This document shows, piece by piece, positions 53,852 to 64,000 of a DNA stretch of 64,000 nt. The number at the start of each line of letters is the position of its first letter. Position 1 is the first letter of the stretch. This stretch comes from Myxococcales bacterium (lineage in GTDB: Bacteria; Myxococcota; Myxococcia; Myxococcales; Anaeromyxobacteraceae), in the NCBI GenBank assembly GCA_038320275.1, contig JBBQEB010000001.1, forward strand, positions 19,589-83,588. The letters run 5' to 3'. Below the pieces are notes generated by a model. That model was not told the origin of the DNA. It ran no database searches and saw nothing but the letters and a program-made list of their open reading frames with translations. Made by a program: the position numbers and the translations under genes.

Positions 53852-54610
53852 GTGTCGGTCCTCTCCGATCTCCTCCGGTTCATCGCAGCCAACGAGGAGT
53901 TGCCGCGGACGCTGAAGCGCTACGCGGGGTACGACCGGGACGCCATCGGCAAGCTCGTGAATGCGGCGGCCGACCGGGTCGAGGAGGTGGACAAGGCGGC
54001 AGCCGAGGCCGCTCCCCAGCGCGGTAAGGCGGGCGGGCTCCGGGTGCGCAAGGGGAGCGAGGTCGAGCGGGCCGCGCGCGCCTCCGCGGAGGAGCTCGAC
54101 GCCGCCATGAACGAGTCCAAGGCCGAGCGCGAGGCGCGCAAGAAGGAGCGCACCGCCGCCGCCGACCGCGAGCGCGCGGAGCTGGCCGCCAAGGTGGTGG
54201 AGCGCCCGCCGCGCACGCGCCTCTTCACCGATGGGGCCGCCCGCGGCAACCCTGGCCCAGCCGGCGCGGGTGCGGTCATCGTCAGCCCGGCCGGCCACAT
54301 CGTGGCGAAGGTCGGGAAGTTCCTGGGCGACAGCACCAACAACGTGGCCGAGTACACCGGGCTCATCCTGGGTCTCAAGCGGGCCAAGGCGATGGGCATC
54401 AAGGAGCTCGACGTCTTCTCCGACTCGGAGCTCATGGTGAAGCAGCTCGCCGGCGACTACGCGGTGAAGGCCGATCACCTCCGGCCGCTGCACGACGAGG
54501 CCAAGATGCTGCTGCGCGCCTTTCCGGAGGTGCTCCTGGCGCACATCCCGCGCGAGCAGAACGCCGCCGCCGACGAGATGTCGAACCGCGCCATCGACGA
54601 GCGGCTGTAG
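53852..54610 (+). CDS. rnhA: Ribonuclease HI family protein with N-terminal extension
   Basis: LFTDGAARGNPGPAGAG, TNNVAEY, DSELMVKQ, HIPREQNAAAD. Confidence 0.88.
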   Translation: MSVLSDLLRFIAANEELPRTLKRYAGYDRDAIGKLVNAAADRVEEVDKAAAEAAPQRGKAGGLRVRKGSEVERAARASAEELDAAMNESKAEREARKKERTAAADRERAELAAKVVERPPRTRLFTDGAARGNPGPAGAGAVIVSPAGHIVAKVGKFLGDSTNNVAEYTGLILGLKRAKAMGIKELDVFSDSELMVKQLAGDYAVKADHLRPLHDEAKMLLRAFPEVLLAHIPREQNAAADEMSNRAIDERL

Positions 54611-54810
54611 CCCGCGGGATCGCGCCGGGCTGCGACCTCGGTGAGGCACGTGGAGCGCAGTGCCGAGCTCCCGGCCTATCCGTGCATTGGCGGCGGCGAA
54701 AGCATCGGGGGCCGCGCCGGCCCAGCCGGACACCCCCCGACCCTGCAGGCGCCTCGAGTCGTGCGTCGATCCCTTTGCTCCCGGCGCCTCCGCGGTGCTA
54801 CATCCGAGGC

Positions 54811-55228
54811 GCCGGAGCCGCCTGGGCGAACGCGTCGGCTTGCAGGGCAGGGGCCGCCGAGGAAAGTCCGGGCACCACAGGGCAGGGTGCCGGCCAACGG
54901 CCGGTCGGGGCGACCCGCAGGAAAGTGCCACAGAGAACAGACCGCCGAACGGCGCCGGGCGACCGGCGTGCGTGGCAAGGGTGAAAAGGTGCGGCAAGAG
55001 CGCACCGCGCTCCGGGTGACCGGAGCGGCATGGCAAACCCCACCCGGTGCAAGAGCGAATAGGGAGGCGCACGTCCCCGCCGCGAGGCGCGGACGAGGAG
55101 GGCGGCCCGCCCGAGCCTTCGGGTACAGCTCGCTGGAGGCGCGCGGCAACGCGCGTCGTAGAGGAATGTTCGTCATCGCGGGCCGCAAGTCCCGCGACAC
55201 AGAACCCGGCTTACAGGGCGGCTCCGGC
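54811..55228 (+). ncRNA. rnpB: RNase P RNA (type A)
   Basis: GAGGAAAGTCCGGGC, AGTGCCACAGA, GGTGAAAAGGTGCGGCAAGAGCGCACC, GGCAAACCCCAC, ACAGAACCCGGCTTA; P1 GCCGGAGCCGCC/GGCGGCTCCGGC. Confidence 0.96.
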
Positions 55229-55504
55229 ACTTCGCCCTTGATGACGGGTCGTTGAACGGCGACCCGGTGACGTTGTTGCGCCTCCCCTCGAGCGAGGGCT
55301 CTAATCCTCTCCCGTCCCCCCTATACTTCCTACCCCTTTCGGGGTGACGGTAAACCAGCGCGATGTCTGGGTCTCCGTGCGGAACACTGTTTTCGGGCGG
55401 GTCGTGTGTCAGAGTGCCGCACGTTGGAACCCGTGCACGCACCTGATTTCGTGGTCCGGGATCAGCACCCGACGTGCCCTTTTCGCTGGTCGGAGACGAC
55501 ACTC

Positions 55505-58177
55505 ATGAAGCTTCGCATCGCCACACTCTGTGCCCTGCTCGCCCTGGGCGCCTGCAAGGGCGACCGCGGTCCGGCTGGGCCCGCTGGCCCTCCAAGCGAC
55601 GTCGTCATGGACGGCGGCTCGGGCACCGACGGAGGCTCGGCCACGGACGGTGGCTCGGGTACGGACGGAGGCTCGACCCCCGGCACGGCGGGCTTCACGT
55701 ACCAGATCCAGGCCGCGACCCTCACGGCAGCCGCCGCACCGACGGTCACCTTCAAGGTGACGGATCCCGCGGGCAACGCCGTCACGAACCTCGTGTCGGG
55801 CGGCGCGCTCGCATGGACGCCGAACTTCACCCTCGCGAAGCGCGAGGCGAACGGCAAGTTCACGAGCTACCTCACGCGGCAGGTCTCCGGGAAGCCCTGG
55901 ATCGACTCCGCAGGCACGACGCACCCGCCCGCCGTCGCCGCTCCCACCACCGTGACCCAGGCCGTGAGCGAGTCCGCGACGGCCGCGCGCATCGCGGGCG
56001 GCACGGGCGGCGTGTACACGTACACCTTCGCGGCGCCGGTCGCGACCGGCCTCGACACCGCTGCCACCACGCGCATCGGCATGTACGGCAACCGGACCGT
56101 GAACGGCGAGGTCCAGTCGGCCTCCAACACCTTCGACTTCGTCCCCGCGGGCGGCGCCGTCACCGGCGAAGACCTCATATCCGACGCTCAGTGCAACGTG
56201 TGCCACGGCGTCGTCCGCGCCCACGGCGACCAGCGCCTCGGCGTGAAGCTCTGCCTCACCTGCCACACTCCGCAGACGATCGATCCCGAGACCAACGGCT
56301 CGGTCGACATGGCCGTACTGGTGCACAAGATCCACACCGGCAAGGCGGTGTCCAACAGCCAGGGCGTGCCCTACAGCACGGGCACGAACAACGGCGCCCC
56401 CGTCACCCCGCACCCGATGCTGGGCACCGCCGGCTACACGGTCGTGGGTTATGGGCCCAACAACCCGGCGACGTTCCCCGCTTCGTCGACCTTCGAGTAC
56501 AGCAAGCACGCCGCCATGGGGCCGTCGCACACCACCTACTTCGAGACCACCACCGCGGGTACCGGCACCGGCGCGAACGTCGCCGTCAGCGACCCGGGCA
56601 TCGCGCGGAACTGCGCCCTCTGCCACGGCACCGCCAACGCCGCGGCCGTCCAGGGGGACGTGCACATGACGATCCAGGCTTGCTCGCAATGCCACGGCTT
56701 CATCAATCCGGCGACGGGCGCGGGCCACCCGGCTTTCACGCCGAGTAACGGCACCTGCGCCGCCTGCCATGGCGCCGCCGGGATCCAGCCCGAGGTCCGG
56801 GGCCACTCCGAAGGCTGGGAGTCGGCGCACAACCTCGACTTCGGCACGATGCGGCACACCATCACGGTCAAGATCGATGACGCGCGCAACGTCATCGCCG
56901 GCCAGGCTCCCGCTCTCGACTTCACCGTGACGGTGGACGGCCAGCCTTACGACCTCCTCACCAAGCCACTCGGGACCCTGGGCTTCCAGATGGCCGGCCC
57001 GGCGGCGGTCGGTGGGCAGCAGGCCGACTACGCCGAGGTGATCCCGACCACCCCGGCACCGGCCGGGACGCCCGCCGGAGCGACCTCCCCCGGCGTGGTG
57101 AGCGCGCTCCTGGGCACCGGGACGAACGGCCTCTTCCTCGCCGACCCGGCCAAGGTCGTCGCGAAGGCGGGTGGCCAGCCGGGCCAGTTCACCTTCACCT
57201 TCCCGCTCGCGAACGTCATTCCGGCGGGCCGCACCGGGACCTACGTCTTCGCCTACGAGGCGTACTACAAGGACGTGAAGGCGGCGGTGAACGGCGATCA
57301 GGTCTCGAAGCCCTACGCGGCGCTCCCGGTCTTCCACGGCGCGAACAAGAACGTGCAGTACCGGGAGGTGCAGCCGGCCGGCACGACCGGCCCGGCCAAC
57401 GTGGCCGGCTCGGAGCGGCGGGTCGTCGTCAGCAACGAGAAGTGCAACACCTGCCACGAGCAGATCGGGTTTCACTCGAACCGCTCGCGCCTGGGCCCCG
57501 ACTACTGCGCCACCTGCCACAACGACAACCTGGCCAACACCGGGCGGTTCCGGTTCCTGCGTGCCGCGGGGGAGGGCGGGAAGTCCGTCCTCGCGCCGAG
57601 CGTCGGCATGAACGTGTTCATCCACAAGATCCACATGGGCGCGGAGCTCACCAACCCCTACTACCTCGGTTCGAACCGCACCGCGACGAGCGGCGGCCCC
57701 GGCGCGGAGGGCCTCTCCAACTTCTCGTACTTCGACTCGCCGAGCCCGAACGTGAAGTGCGCTACCTGCCACGAGGGTCAGAGCTACGGCCTCACCACCG
57801 CGGTGAATCAACTCCCGGTCCGCATGACCCGGTTCACCTGCGGGCCCGCCACCGCCAACGACGCCACGGTGGCGGCCGGTGGTGCCGACCCCGCGGGCGT
57901 GTACTGCGGCGATCGCATCCCCGAGGCCGTGTACGTGCCGCACAACACTGCCGTGTGCGGGAGCTGCCACGACTCGCCGGCGGCGCAGGCGCACATGCAG
58001 GTCAACACCGTCTTCGCCTCCGGGCAGACGGCGACGGCGTACAACCCCTACACGGCTGGCGCGCTGGATCCCACCAAGGTCGCAGTCGAGACCTGCGCGA
58101 CCTGCCACAGCGCCGGCAAGGAGGCGGACGCGCTCGTGGTCCACCAGCCTCCCGCGTTCCTCGTCGGTAGCCGATAG
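55505..58177 (+). CDS. OmcA/MtrC family decaheme c-type cytochrome lipoprotein
   Basis: Lipobox LGAC, 10 CxxCH motifs in two groups of five separated by a heme-free beta domain, two HKIH motifs. Confidence 0.9.
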   Translation: MKLRIATLCALLALGACKGDRGPAGPAGPPSDVVMDGGSGTDGGSATDGGSGTDGGSTPGTAGFTYQIQAATLTAAAAPTVTFKVTDPAGNAVTNLVSGGALAWTPNFTLAKREANGKFTSYLTRQVSGKPWIDSAGTTHPPAVAAPTTVTQAVSESATAARIAGGTGGVYTYTFAAPVATGLDTAATTRIGMYGNRTVNGEVQSASNTFDFVPAGGAVTGEDLISDAQCNVCHGVVRAHGDQRLGVKLCLTCHTPQTIDPETNGSVDMAVLVHKIHTGKAVSNSQGVPYSTGTNNGAPVTPHPMLGTAGYTVVGYGPNNPATFPASSTFEYSKHAAMGPSHTTYFETTTAGTGTGANVAVSDPGIARNCALCHGTANAAAVQGDVHMTIQACSQCHGFINPATGAGHPAFTPSNGTCAACHGAAGIQPEVRGHSEGWESAHNLDFGTMRHTITVKIDDARNVIAGQAPALDFTVTVDGQPYDLLTKPLGTLGFQMAGPAAVGGQQADYAEVIPTTPAPAGTPAGATSPGVVSALLGTGTNGLFLADPAKVVAKAGGQPGQFTFTFPLANVIPAGRTGTYVFAYEAYYKDVKAAVNGDQVSKPYAALPVFHGANKNVQYREVQPAGTTGPANVAGSERRVVVSNEKCNTCHEQIGFHSNRSRLGPDYCATCHNDNLANTGRFRFLRAAGEGGKSVLAPSVGMNVFIHKIHMGAELTNPYYLGSNRTATSGGPGAEGLSNFSYFDSPSPNVKCATCHEGQSYGLTTAVNQLPVRMTRFTCGPATANDATVAAGGADPAGVYCGDRIPEAVYVPHNTAVCGSCHDSPAAQAHMQVNTVFASGQTATAYNPYTAGALDPTKVAVETCATCHSAGKEADALVVHQPPAFLVGSR
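55610..55678 (+). repeat. In-frame 18-bp tandem repeat encoding about four DGGSxT units
   Basis: gacggcggctcgggcacc / gacggaggctcggccacg / gacggtggctcgggtacg / gacggaggctcgacc. Confidence 0.8.
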
Positions 58178-58203
58178 CCGAAGCGCAACGCAGCTGAGCA
58201 GGC

Positions 58204-58238
58204 AAAAAGGTCGCCCTCCGGGGCGGCCTTTTCTTTTT
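58204..58238 (+). terminator. Intrinsic terminator after the cytochrome gene
   Basis: AAAAGGTCGCCC-TCCG-GGGCGGCCTTTT followed by CTTTTT. Confidence 0.85.
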
Positions 58239-58264
58239 CGGCCACCCTGGCGCCGGGCCTACCT

Positions 58265-59587
58265 ATGGTAGGCGAGCGCATGGGCGAGACCTGGGCCGAG
58301 AACCTCGTGGACGGGCACCGCGTCCTGCCCGCCCTGCTCGCCGACGTCGCCTCCGCGCGGCGCTCGGTCCACCTCTCCATCTTCCTCTTCTTCAACGATC
58401 CCGTCGGGCAGGAGCTCGAGCGCGCGCTGGCGGAGCGCGCGCTCGCGGGCGTCGCGGTCCGGGTGCTCATCAACCTCGGCAAGACGTCCATGGGCGATCC
58501 GTTCTCGACAGGCGAGCGCGAGATGATGTCGCGCGTGCCGTCGTTCCCGGACGACGCGCTCGACGTGAACGCCCTGGCCGGCCGGCTGCGCGACGCGGGC
58601 GCGGAGGTCGTCGACACCGATGTCGATCTCGACCGCCGGCCGGAGACGAAGGACGCGGCGCTGCTGGATCAGTGGCGGCTCATCCACGAGACGAGCCGGA
58701 TGGACGCGGCGCACGTGGACCACCGCAAGCTCGTGGTGATCGACGGCTGGATCGCCTACGTGGGCTCGGCGAACGTGGGGGCGCAGTACCTCTACCACCA
58801 CCCCTTCGACCTGGCGATCGAGGCGCACGAGGAGGCGGAGCGGGTGCGGGCTGCGGGAGGGGCGGAGCCCTGGTGGAAGTGGCATGACGGGCTGGTGCGG
58901 TTCGAGGGCGCGATCGCGGCCGAGGTGGACGCGGTGTTCCGCGAGCGTTGGGTGCTGGACGGCGGGCACGAGTACGCGCCGCTCGCAGCGCTGCCGCGGG
59001 AGGACACGCCCCGCGGCGTTCGCCTCGAGGCAGCGGCTCTCGTCGCGAACCGGCCGGACCGGACGCCCAACCCCGTGCGCGCCGCGTTCCTGCGCGAGAT
59101 CGCAGGCGCGGAGCGCTCCATCTTCATCACGAATCCGTACGTCTACCACCCGCGCATCGTGCGCGCGCTCGTGCACGCCCGGCGCCGCAACCCCGCGCTG
59201 CGGGTGGAGCTCGTGGTCCCCGGGATGGCCTGGAACGACAACGCGCAGTCGCAGGACGCGATGCAGCACCACTACGCGAGGCTCCTGCGCGCGGGCATTT
59301 CCGTGCACGAGTACCAAAACCACTTCACGCACCTGAAGCTCGCCTGCTTCGACGAGCGCCTCTGCATCGTCGGCTCGGCCAACCTGAACTTCCGCAGCAT
59401 GGAGAACGACAGCGACTTCGAGCTGGTCGTCCGCGTGGAGAGCGAGGCCTTCGCCCGCAGGCTCCTGGAGGAGGTCCGGGACGTCGACCTGCCGCGATCG
59501 CGCCACGTCCGCAGGAGCGAGCTCACCTGGCGCGAGCGACGGCGCGATCCCCGCACGCTGCTCCTGGTGTGGCGCAGGCTGCTGTGA
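58265..59587 (+). CDS. Phospholipase D family protein (cardiolipin synthase-like)
   Basis: Two HKD motifs: DHRKLVVIDG..GSAN and HLKLACFD..GSANLNFRS; WHD. Confidence 0.88.
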   Translation: MVGERMGETWAENLVDGHRVLPALLADVASARRSVHLSIFLFFNDPVGQELERALAERALAGVAVRVLINLGKTSMGDPFSTGEREMMSRVPSFPDDALDVNALAGRLRDAGAEVVDTDVDLDRRPETKDAALLDQWRLIHETSRMDAAHVDHRKLVVIDGWIAYVGSANVGAQYLYHHPFDLAIEAHEEAERVRAAGGAEPWWKWHDGLVRFEGAIAAEVDAVFRERWVLDGGHEYAPLAALPREDTPRGVRLEAAALVANRPDRTPNPVRAAFLREIAGAERSIFITNPYVYHPRIVRALVHARRRNPALRVELVVPGMAWNDNAQSQDAMQHHYARLLRAGISVHEYQNHFTHLKLACFDERLCIVGSANLNFRSMENDSDFELVVRVESEAFARRLLEEVRDVDLPRSRHVRRSELTWRERRRDPRTLLLVWRRLL

Positions 59588-59627
59588 ACTGCAGGAGAGG
59601 GCGCGCTCCACCGAGCCCAGCCTGGAC

Positions 59628-59687
59628 GTCAAGACCTGTGAGACCTGCCACGGCCCCGGCATGGAAGCGGACGCACTGACGGTGCAC
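59628..59687 (+). pseudogene. Remnant of the 3' end of an OmcA/MtrC-type cytochrome gene
   Basis: Translates VKTCETCHGPGMEADALTVH; 48/60 nt identical to 58085-58144 (VETCATCHSAGKEADALVVH); no canonical start between the PLD stop and the motif. Confidence 0.7.
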
Positions 59688-59742
59688 GGCTGCCCGCGTA
59701 CCTCCCGGGTAGCGTCTCCCACTCCAGGGCCGCAGGAGGCGG

Positions 59743-60600
59743 CTACTTCCCCCCTCCTCCGTGCTCCCCTGCGCCGATCGTGTTCACCACCGGGACGCCC
59801 ATGGGACCCACCGGGATGTAGATGGTGGTGTGGCTGGGGCTGTTGATCATCGCCTTCTGCGCCTCGATGGCCTCGTGCTGAACGTACAGCGGCGTGAGGC
59901 GCTGCTGGATGATCTGCGTAGCCCGAGCGATGCCCTCCGCCTCCACGACGCGCTTCTCGGCGTCCTTGCGCGCGATCTCCACCTGTGTGCCGCGCGTCTC
60001 GAGCTCCTGCATGGCGGCGAGCTTGGCGCCGACCGCCTGGGAGACCGCCGCCGGGAACTGGATGTTGCCCACCACCACGTTCATCACCTCGAAGGGCGTG
60101 TCCTTGGTACGGTTCTGCGCCCAGTCGGTGAGCTCGCTGTTGATCTTGCCGATGTTCTCGTTGAGGCTGAAGGCGTCGTAGCGGGCCACCGCCTCGCGGA
60201 TCTGCGTCCGGAGCGGCTCCTTGAGGAAGTTGCCGAAAGCGACCTGCACCTGGTCTTGCCCCTGTTGCATGGTGGTGTAGCCCTCCACGAACTCTTTCAC
60301 CCGCTCCGCGCGCACCCGGAAGATGGTGTGCGCCCGGAACCCGATCATGAGCTTGTCGTGGGCGAGGACCACGTTGTCCCCCGTGAAGTCCTCCGCGTAG
60401 CTGAAGGGCGTCACCGACACGTTCATCACGCTCACCATCCAGCCCAGGCCGTAGCTGGTGGGGCCACGCTGGAGACCGACGTAGCTCGCCTTTCCAACCA
60501 CCGCGCCCCGGGTGACGTAGCCCACGTACCCCGCGGGCGTGGCGGGGTTGGAGCAGCCGGCGAGCGACAGCGCGAAGGACAGGACTGCGGAGACCTTCAT
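59743..60600 (-). CDS. SPFH/band-7 (prohibitin-like) lipoprotein
   Basis: Lipobox LAGC, PAGYVG, VVVGNIQFPAAVSQAV..K, AEKRVVEAEGIARA, LTPLYVQHEAIEA. Confidence 0.85.
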   Translation of the reverse strand: MKVSAVLSFALSLAGCSNPATPAGYVGYVTRGAVVGKASYVGLQRGPTSYGLGWMVSVMNVSVTPFSYAEDFTGDNVVLAHDKLMIGFRAHTIFRVRAERVKEFVEGYTTMQQGQDQVQVAFGNFLKEPLRTQIREAVARYDAFSLNENIGKINSELTDWAQNRTKDTPFEVMNVVVGNIQFPAAVSQAVGAKLAAMQELETRGTQVEIARKDAEKRVVEAEGIARATQIIQQRLTPLYVQHEAIEAQKAMINSPSHTTIYIPVGPMGVPVVNTIGAGEHGGGGK

Positions 60601-61379
60601 GCGGTGATCCTTTCGCCGCCGAGGCGGCGCTTCAAGTGCCAGAGTCCGGCGCCCATGCGCAGCGCGTCCGCGCCCGGAACCATCTTGGAGCCTCCCGGAT
60701 CCACCCAATCCACGGGCTCCTCCACGCAGCGCGCGCCGCGCCCCTGCAGCAGCACGAGCAGCTCCACGTCGAGCAACCAGCGCTCCTCGCGCAGCTCCGG
60801 GAGGAGCGGCCGCAAGAGCTCGGCCCGGACGAGCTTCAGGCCGCATTGCGTGTCGTAGAAGCCCAGGCCGAAGGCGAGCTCCGTGAGCGTCGCGAAGATC
60901 CGGCCCTGCAGGTGGCGCAGCAGGCTCCGGCAAATGGTGCGCCCCGCCATGAGCATGCGGGTGCCGGCGAGCACGTCGAAGGGCGGGTCGCCCTCCAGCT
61001 TTCGCAACAGGCGCCACGCCTCCTGGGCGCTCACGGCGCCGTCCGCGTCGAGGAAGCCGAGCCAGCGTGCCCCGGGGTGCGACTGCGCCCAGCCGAGCCG
61101 CACCGCCGCGCCCTTTCCACGGTTGGCCGGGCCGGCGATGAACCGAACCCGGTGCGGCGAGTCCCCCGCCGCCAGCCGGGAGGCGGCGCTCTCCACGGCG
61201 GCGCGCTCGCGGTCGCGATGGCGGGCGTCGCTGCCGTCGTCCACCACCAGCAGCTCCACGGGAGGCGCTCCGGGCGTGAGTCCCTCCGAGACCAGCGCCT
61301 CCAGCAGGCGGGGCAGCCGGGCGCCTTCCCGGAACGCGGGAATGGTGAGCGAGGCGAGCGGCGCGGCAGAGCTGGGCAC
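60597..61379 (-). CDS. Family 2 glycosyltransferase (polyprenol-phosphate glycosyltransferase-like)
   Basis: IPAFRE..RL, VVDDGS, NRGKGAAVRLG, FLDADG, DTQCGLK, DVELL. Confidence 0.9.
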   Translation of the reverse strand: MPSSAAPLASLTIPAFREGARLPRLLEALVSEGLTPGAPPVELLVVDDGSDARHRDRERAAVESAASRLAAGDSPHRVRFIAGPANRGKGAAVRLGWAQSHPGARWLGFLDADGAVSAQEAWRLLRKLEGDPPFDVLAGTRMLMAGRTICRSLLRHLQGRIFATLTELAFGLGFYDTQCGLKLVRAELLRPLLPELREERWLLDVELLVLLQGRGARCVEEPVDWVDPGGSKMVPGADALRMGAGLWHLKRRLGGERITA

Positions 61380-61398
61380 GGTGCGCAGGCGGGCCTTC

Positions 61399-61953
61399 TT
61401 ACCGGAGCGGGAGCCTGGCCGCGATGACCCGGTTCTCCGCGTCGCCCCCGAGCGCTCCCGGCCGGGTCACCGCGACGCGCTCCGACCCCGCGTAGAGCCC
61501 GACCCAGGCGGTGAGGAGCGTCGCCGGATGGCCCGCCGGAACGGTGATCTTCACCGTGTCCCGCACCACGTCCCCGCGCTTCCATGCCGTCGTGGGGTAG
61601 GTGCCGCCGGCCGGCGCATGGTCGGCCTGCAGCCGGGTGGCGCCCGGGGCGTCGAGGTGGACGAACACGCGCCAGGAAGTCTCCGGTTCGTCCAGCGCGC
61701 GCCAGTACAGGGTGAGGAGGGCGGTGGCGCCCGGCGCGAGCTGGGCTGGAGCGAGGTCGGCGCCCACGAGCTCGATGGAGCCCCCGAACACGGCGCCGAT
61801 GGCGATCGCAGGCCGCGCGCCTGGGGCCAGCGCGCGCTCCGCCACGGACGGCTCGACGCGTTCGCGGTGCGATCCGGAGCCCGGCGCCCGTTCCACACAG
61901 GCGGCCGCGAGGAGCGCAGCGGCCGACGTTGCGACGAGGGTGTACGGGCGCAC
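61399..61953 (-). CDS. Hypothetical lipoprotein with beta-sandwich domain
   Basis: Lipobox LAAAC; LTLYWRA..VFVHL..DHAP.GGTYPTTAWKRGDVVRD..VGLY. Confidence 0.7.
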   Translation of the reverse strand: MRPYTLVATSAAALLAAACVERAPGSGSHRERVEPSVAERALAPGARPAIAIGAVFGGSIELVGADLAPAQLAPGATALLTLYWRALDEPETSWRVFVHLDAPGATRLQADHAPAGGTYPTTAWKRGDVVRDTVKITVPAGHPATLLTAWVGLYAGSERVAVTRPGALGGDAENRVIAARLPLR

Positions 61954-62074
61954 CGCACTTCCTTAGCCTGCGCCCGGCCGCCGCGCGCGGGGGAGGCCTT
62001 TCGACTGGGGCCTGCCACCTCACGCGCGGCCTCATGGCGCCGAACTTCGCGTACGCGGTAGGCTCGGCTCCCGC

Positions 62075-62497
62075 ATGTGGACCCTGGAGGCGCGCAGCTC
62101 GATGTCCCGGCTCGGCGCGGCGGCGCTGTACCTCGCCGCCGTGGCGCTGCTCGTGCTTCTGCAGGAGGTGGGGCTCCGCCTCCGCCGCGAGGAGCGGCGA
62201 GCCTGGTGGGCCGGCAACGGGCGCGATGTGCTCAACGGAATGGGCTTCGCCGCGGTCACGGCGGCCCTCCGCGCCTACGGATTTCCGCTCCCGGCCGCCA
62301 TCGCGGTGGGCGCCACCGTCACCTTCGCCCTCTTCGGCATCTCGACCTTCATGGAGACGCAGGTCGAGACGCGCCATCCGCGCGCCTGGGCGCTGGGGGT
62401 GGTGCTGCCGCTCGCAATGCCTGTCCTCGTCTTCCCGGCCGATCTCGTGGACGGCTTCTCGAGACTGGCGCACCGGCTCTTCCCGCTGGCGGGCTGA
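62075..62497 (+). CDS. Hypothetical membrane protein (about 4 TM)
   Basis: Hydrophobic ORF with plausible coding pattern; WWAGNGRDVLN; start may be 62102. Confidence 0.65.
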   Translation: MWTLEARSSMSRLGAAALYLAAVALLVLLQEVGLRLRREERRAWWAGNGRDVLNGMGFAAVTAALRAYGFPLPAAIAVGATVTFALFGISTFMETQVETRHPRAWALGVVLPLAMPVLVFPADLVDGFSRLAHRLFPLAG

Positions 62498-62509
62498 CAG
62501 CAGAGCCCG

Positions 62510-62541
62510 AAATGAAAAGGCCGCCCCGGAGGGCGGCCTTC
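62510..62541 (-). terminator. Intrinsic terminator after groEL
   Basis: Minus strand AAGGCCGCCC-TCCG-GGGCGGCCTT followed by TTCATTT. Confidence 0.8.
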
Positions 62542-62570
62542 GACTTGCGAGGCTTGGGGTGAGGCGGGAC

Positions 62571-64000
<1,430 letters not shown>

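Noticed and set aside
54641..55255. ORFs across 54641-55255
   Set aside because: They overlap the RNase P RNA gene
55610..55678. 18-bp repeats as a CRISPR-like array
   Set aside because: No spacers; in-frame repeats with synonymous variation that encode a linker

Overview
Very GC-rich bacterial chromosomal window whose gene set and order point to a myxobacterium (Anaeromyxobacter-like Myxococcota; inferred from sequence only). From left to right: the 5' part of smc; an orphan methyl-accepting chemotaxis protein; an alpha/beta hydrolase; a 181-bp MITE-like palindromic element; and a complete gspC-N type II secretion operon with a sigma-54 promoter, an upstream inverted-repeat enhancer and an adjacent NtrC-family regulator. 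Next come rpmE, rho, ligA, a B12-binding radical SAM fusion, an Rne/Rng nuclease with a structured leader, YihY and IHF. An 11-gene sigma-54-type T3SS-like cluster follows (needle-like, rod-like, SctJ, unknown, SctQ, FliO-like, SctRSTUV), with no ATPase, stator, SctD or secretin in the window. Then a ferritin-like/VIT1 transporter, hisDCBHAFIE, rpsU-yqeY-dnaG-rpoD, a tRNA(CAU), a zinc-ribbon protein, RNase HI and RNase P RNA. The right end holds a stand-alone OmcA/MtrC-type decaheme lipoprotein, a PLD-family enzyme followed by a cytochrome gene remnant, an SPFH/GT2/lipoprotein cluster and the 3' part of groEL. No CRISPR array, transposase or prophage was seen. The most notable items are the hybrid T3SS-like cluster, the sigma-54 control of both secretion systems, the MITE-like element, the structured rne leader, the apparent CTG start of dnaG and the cytochrome remnant.
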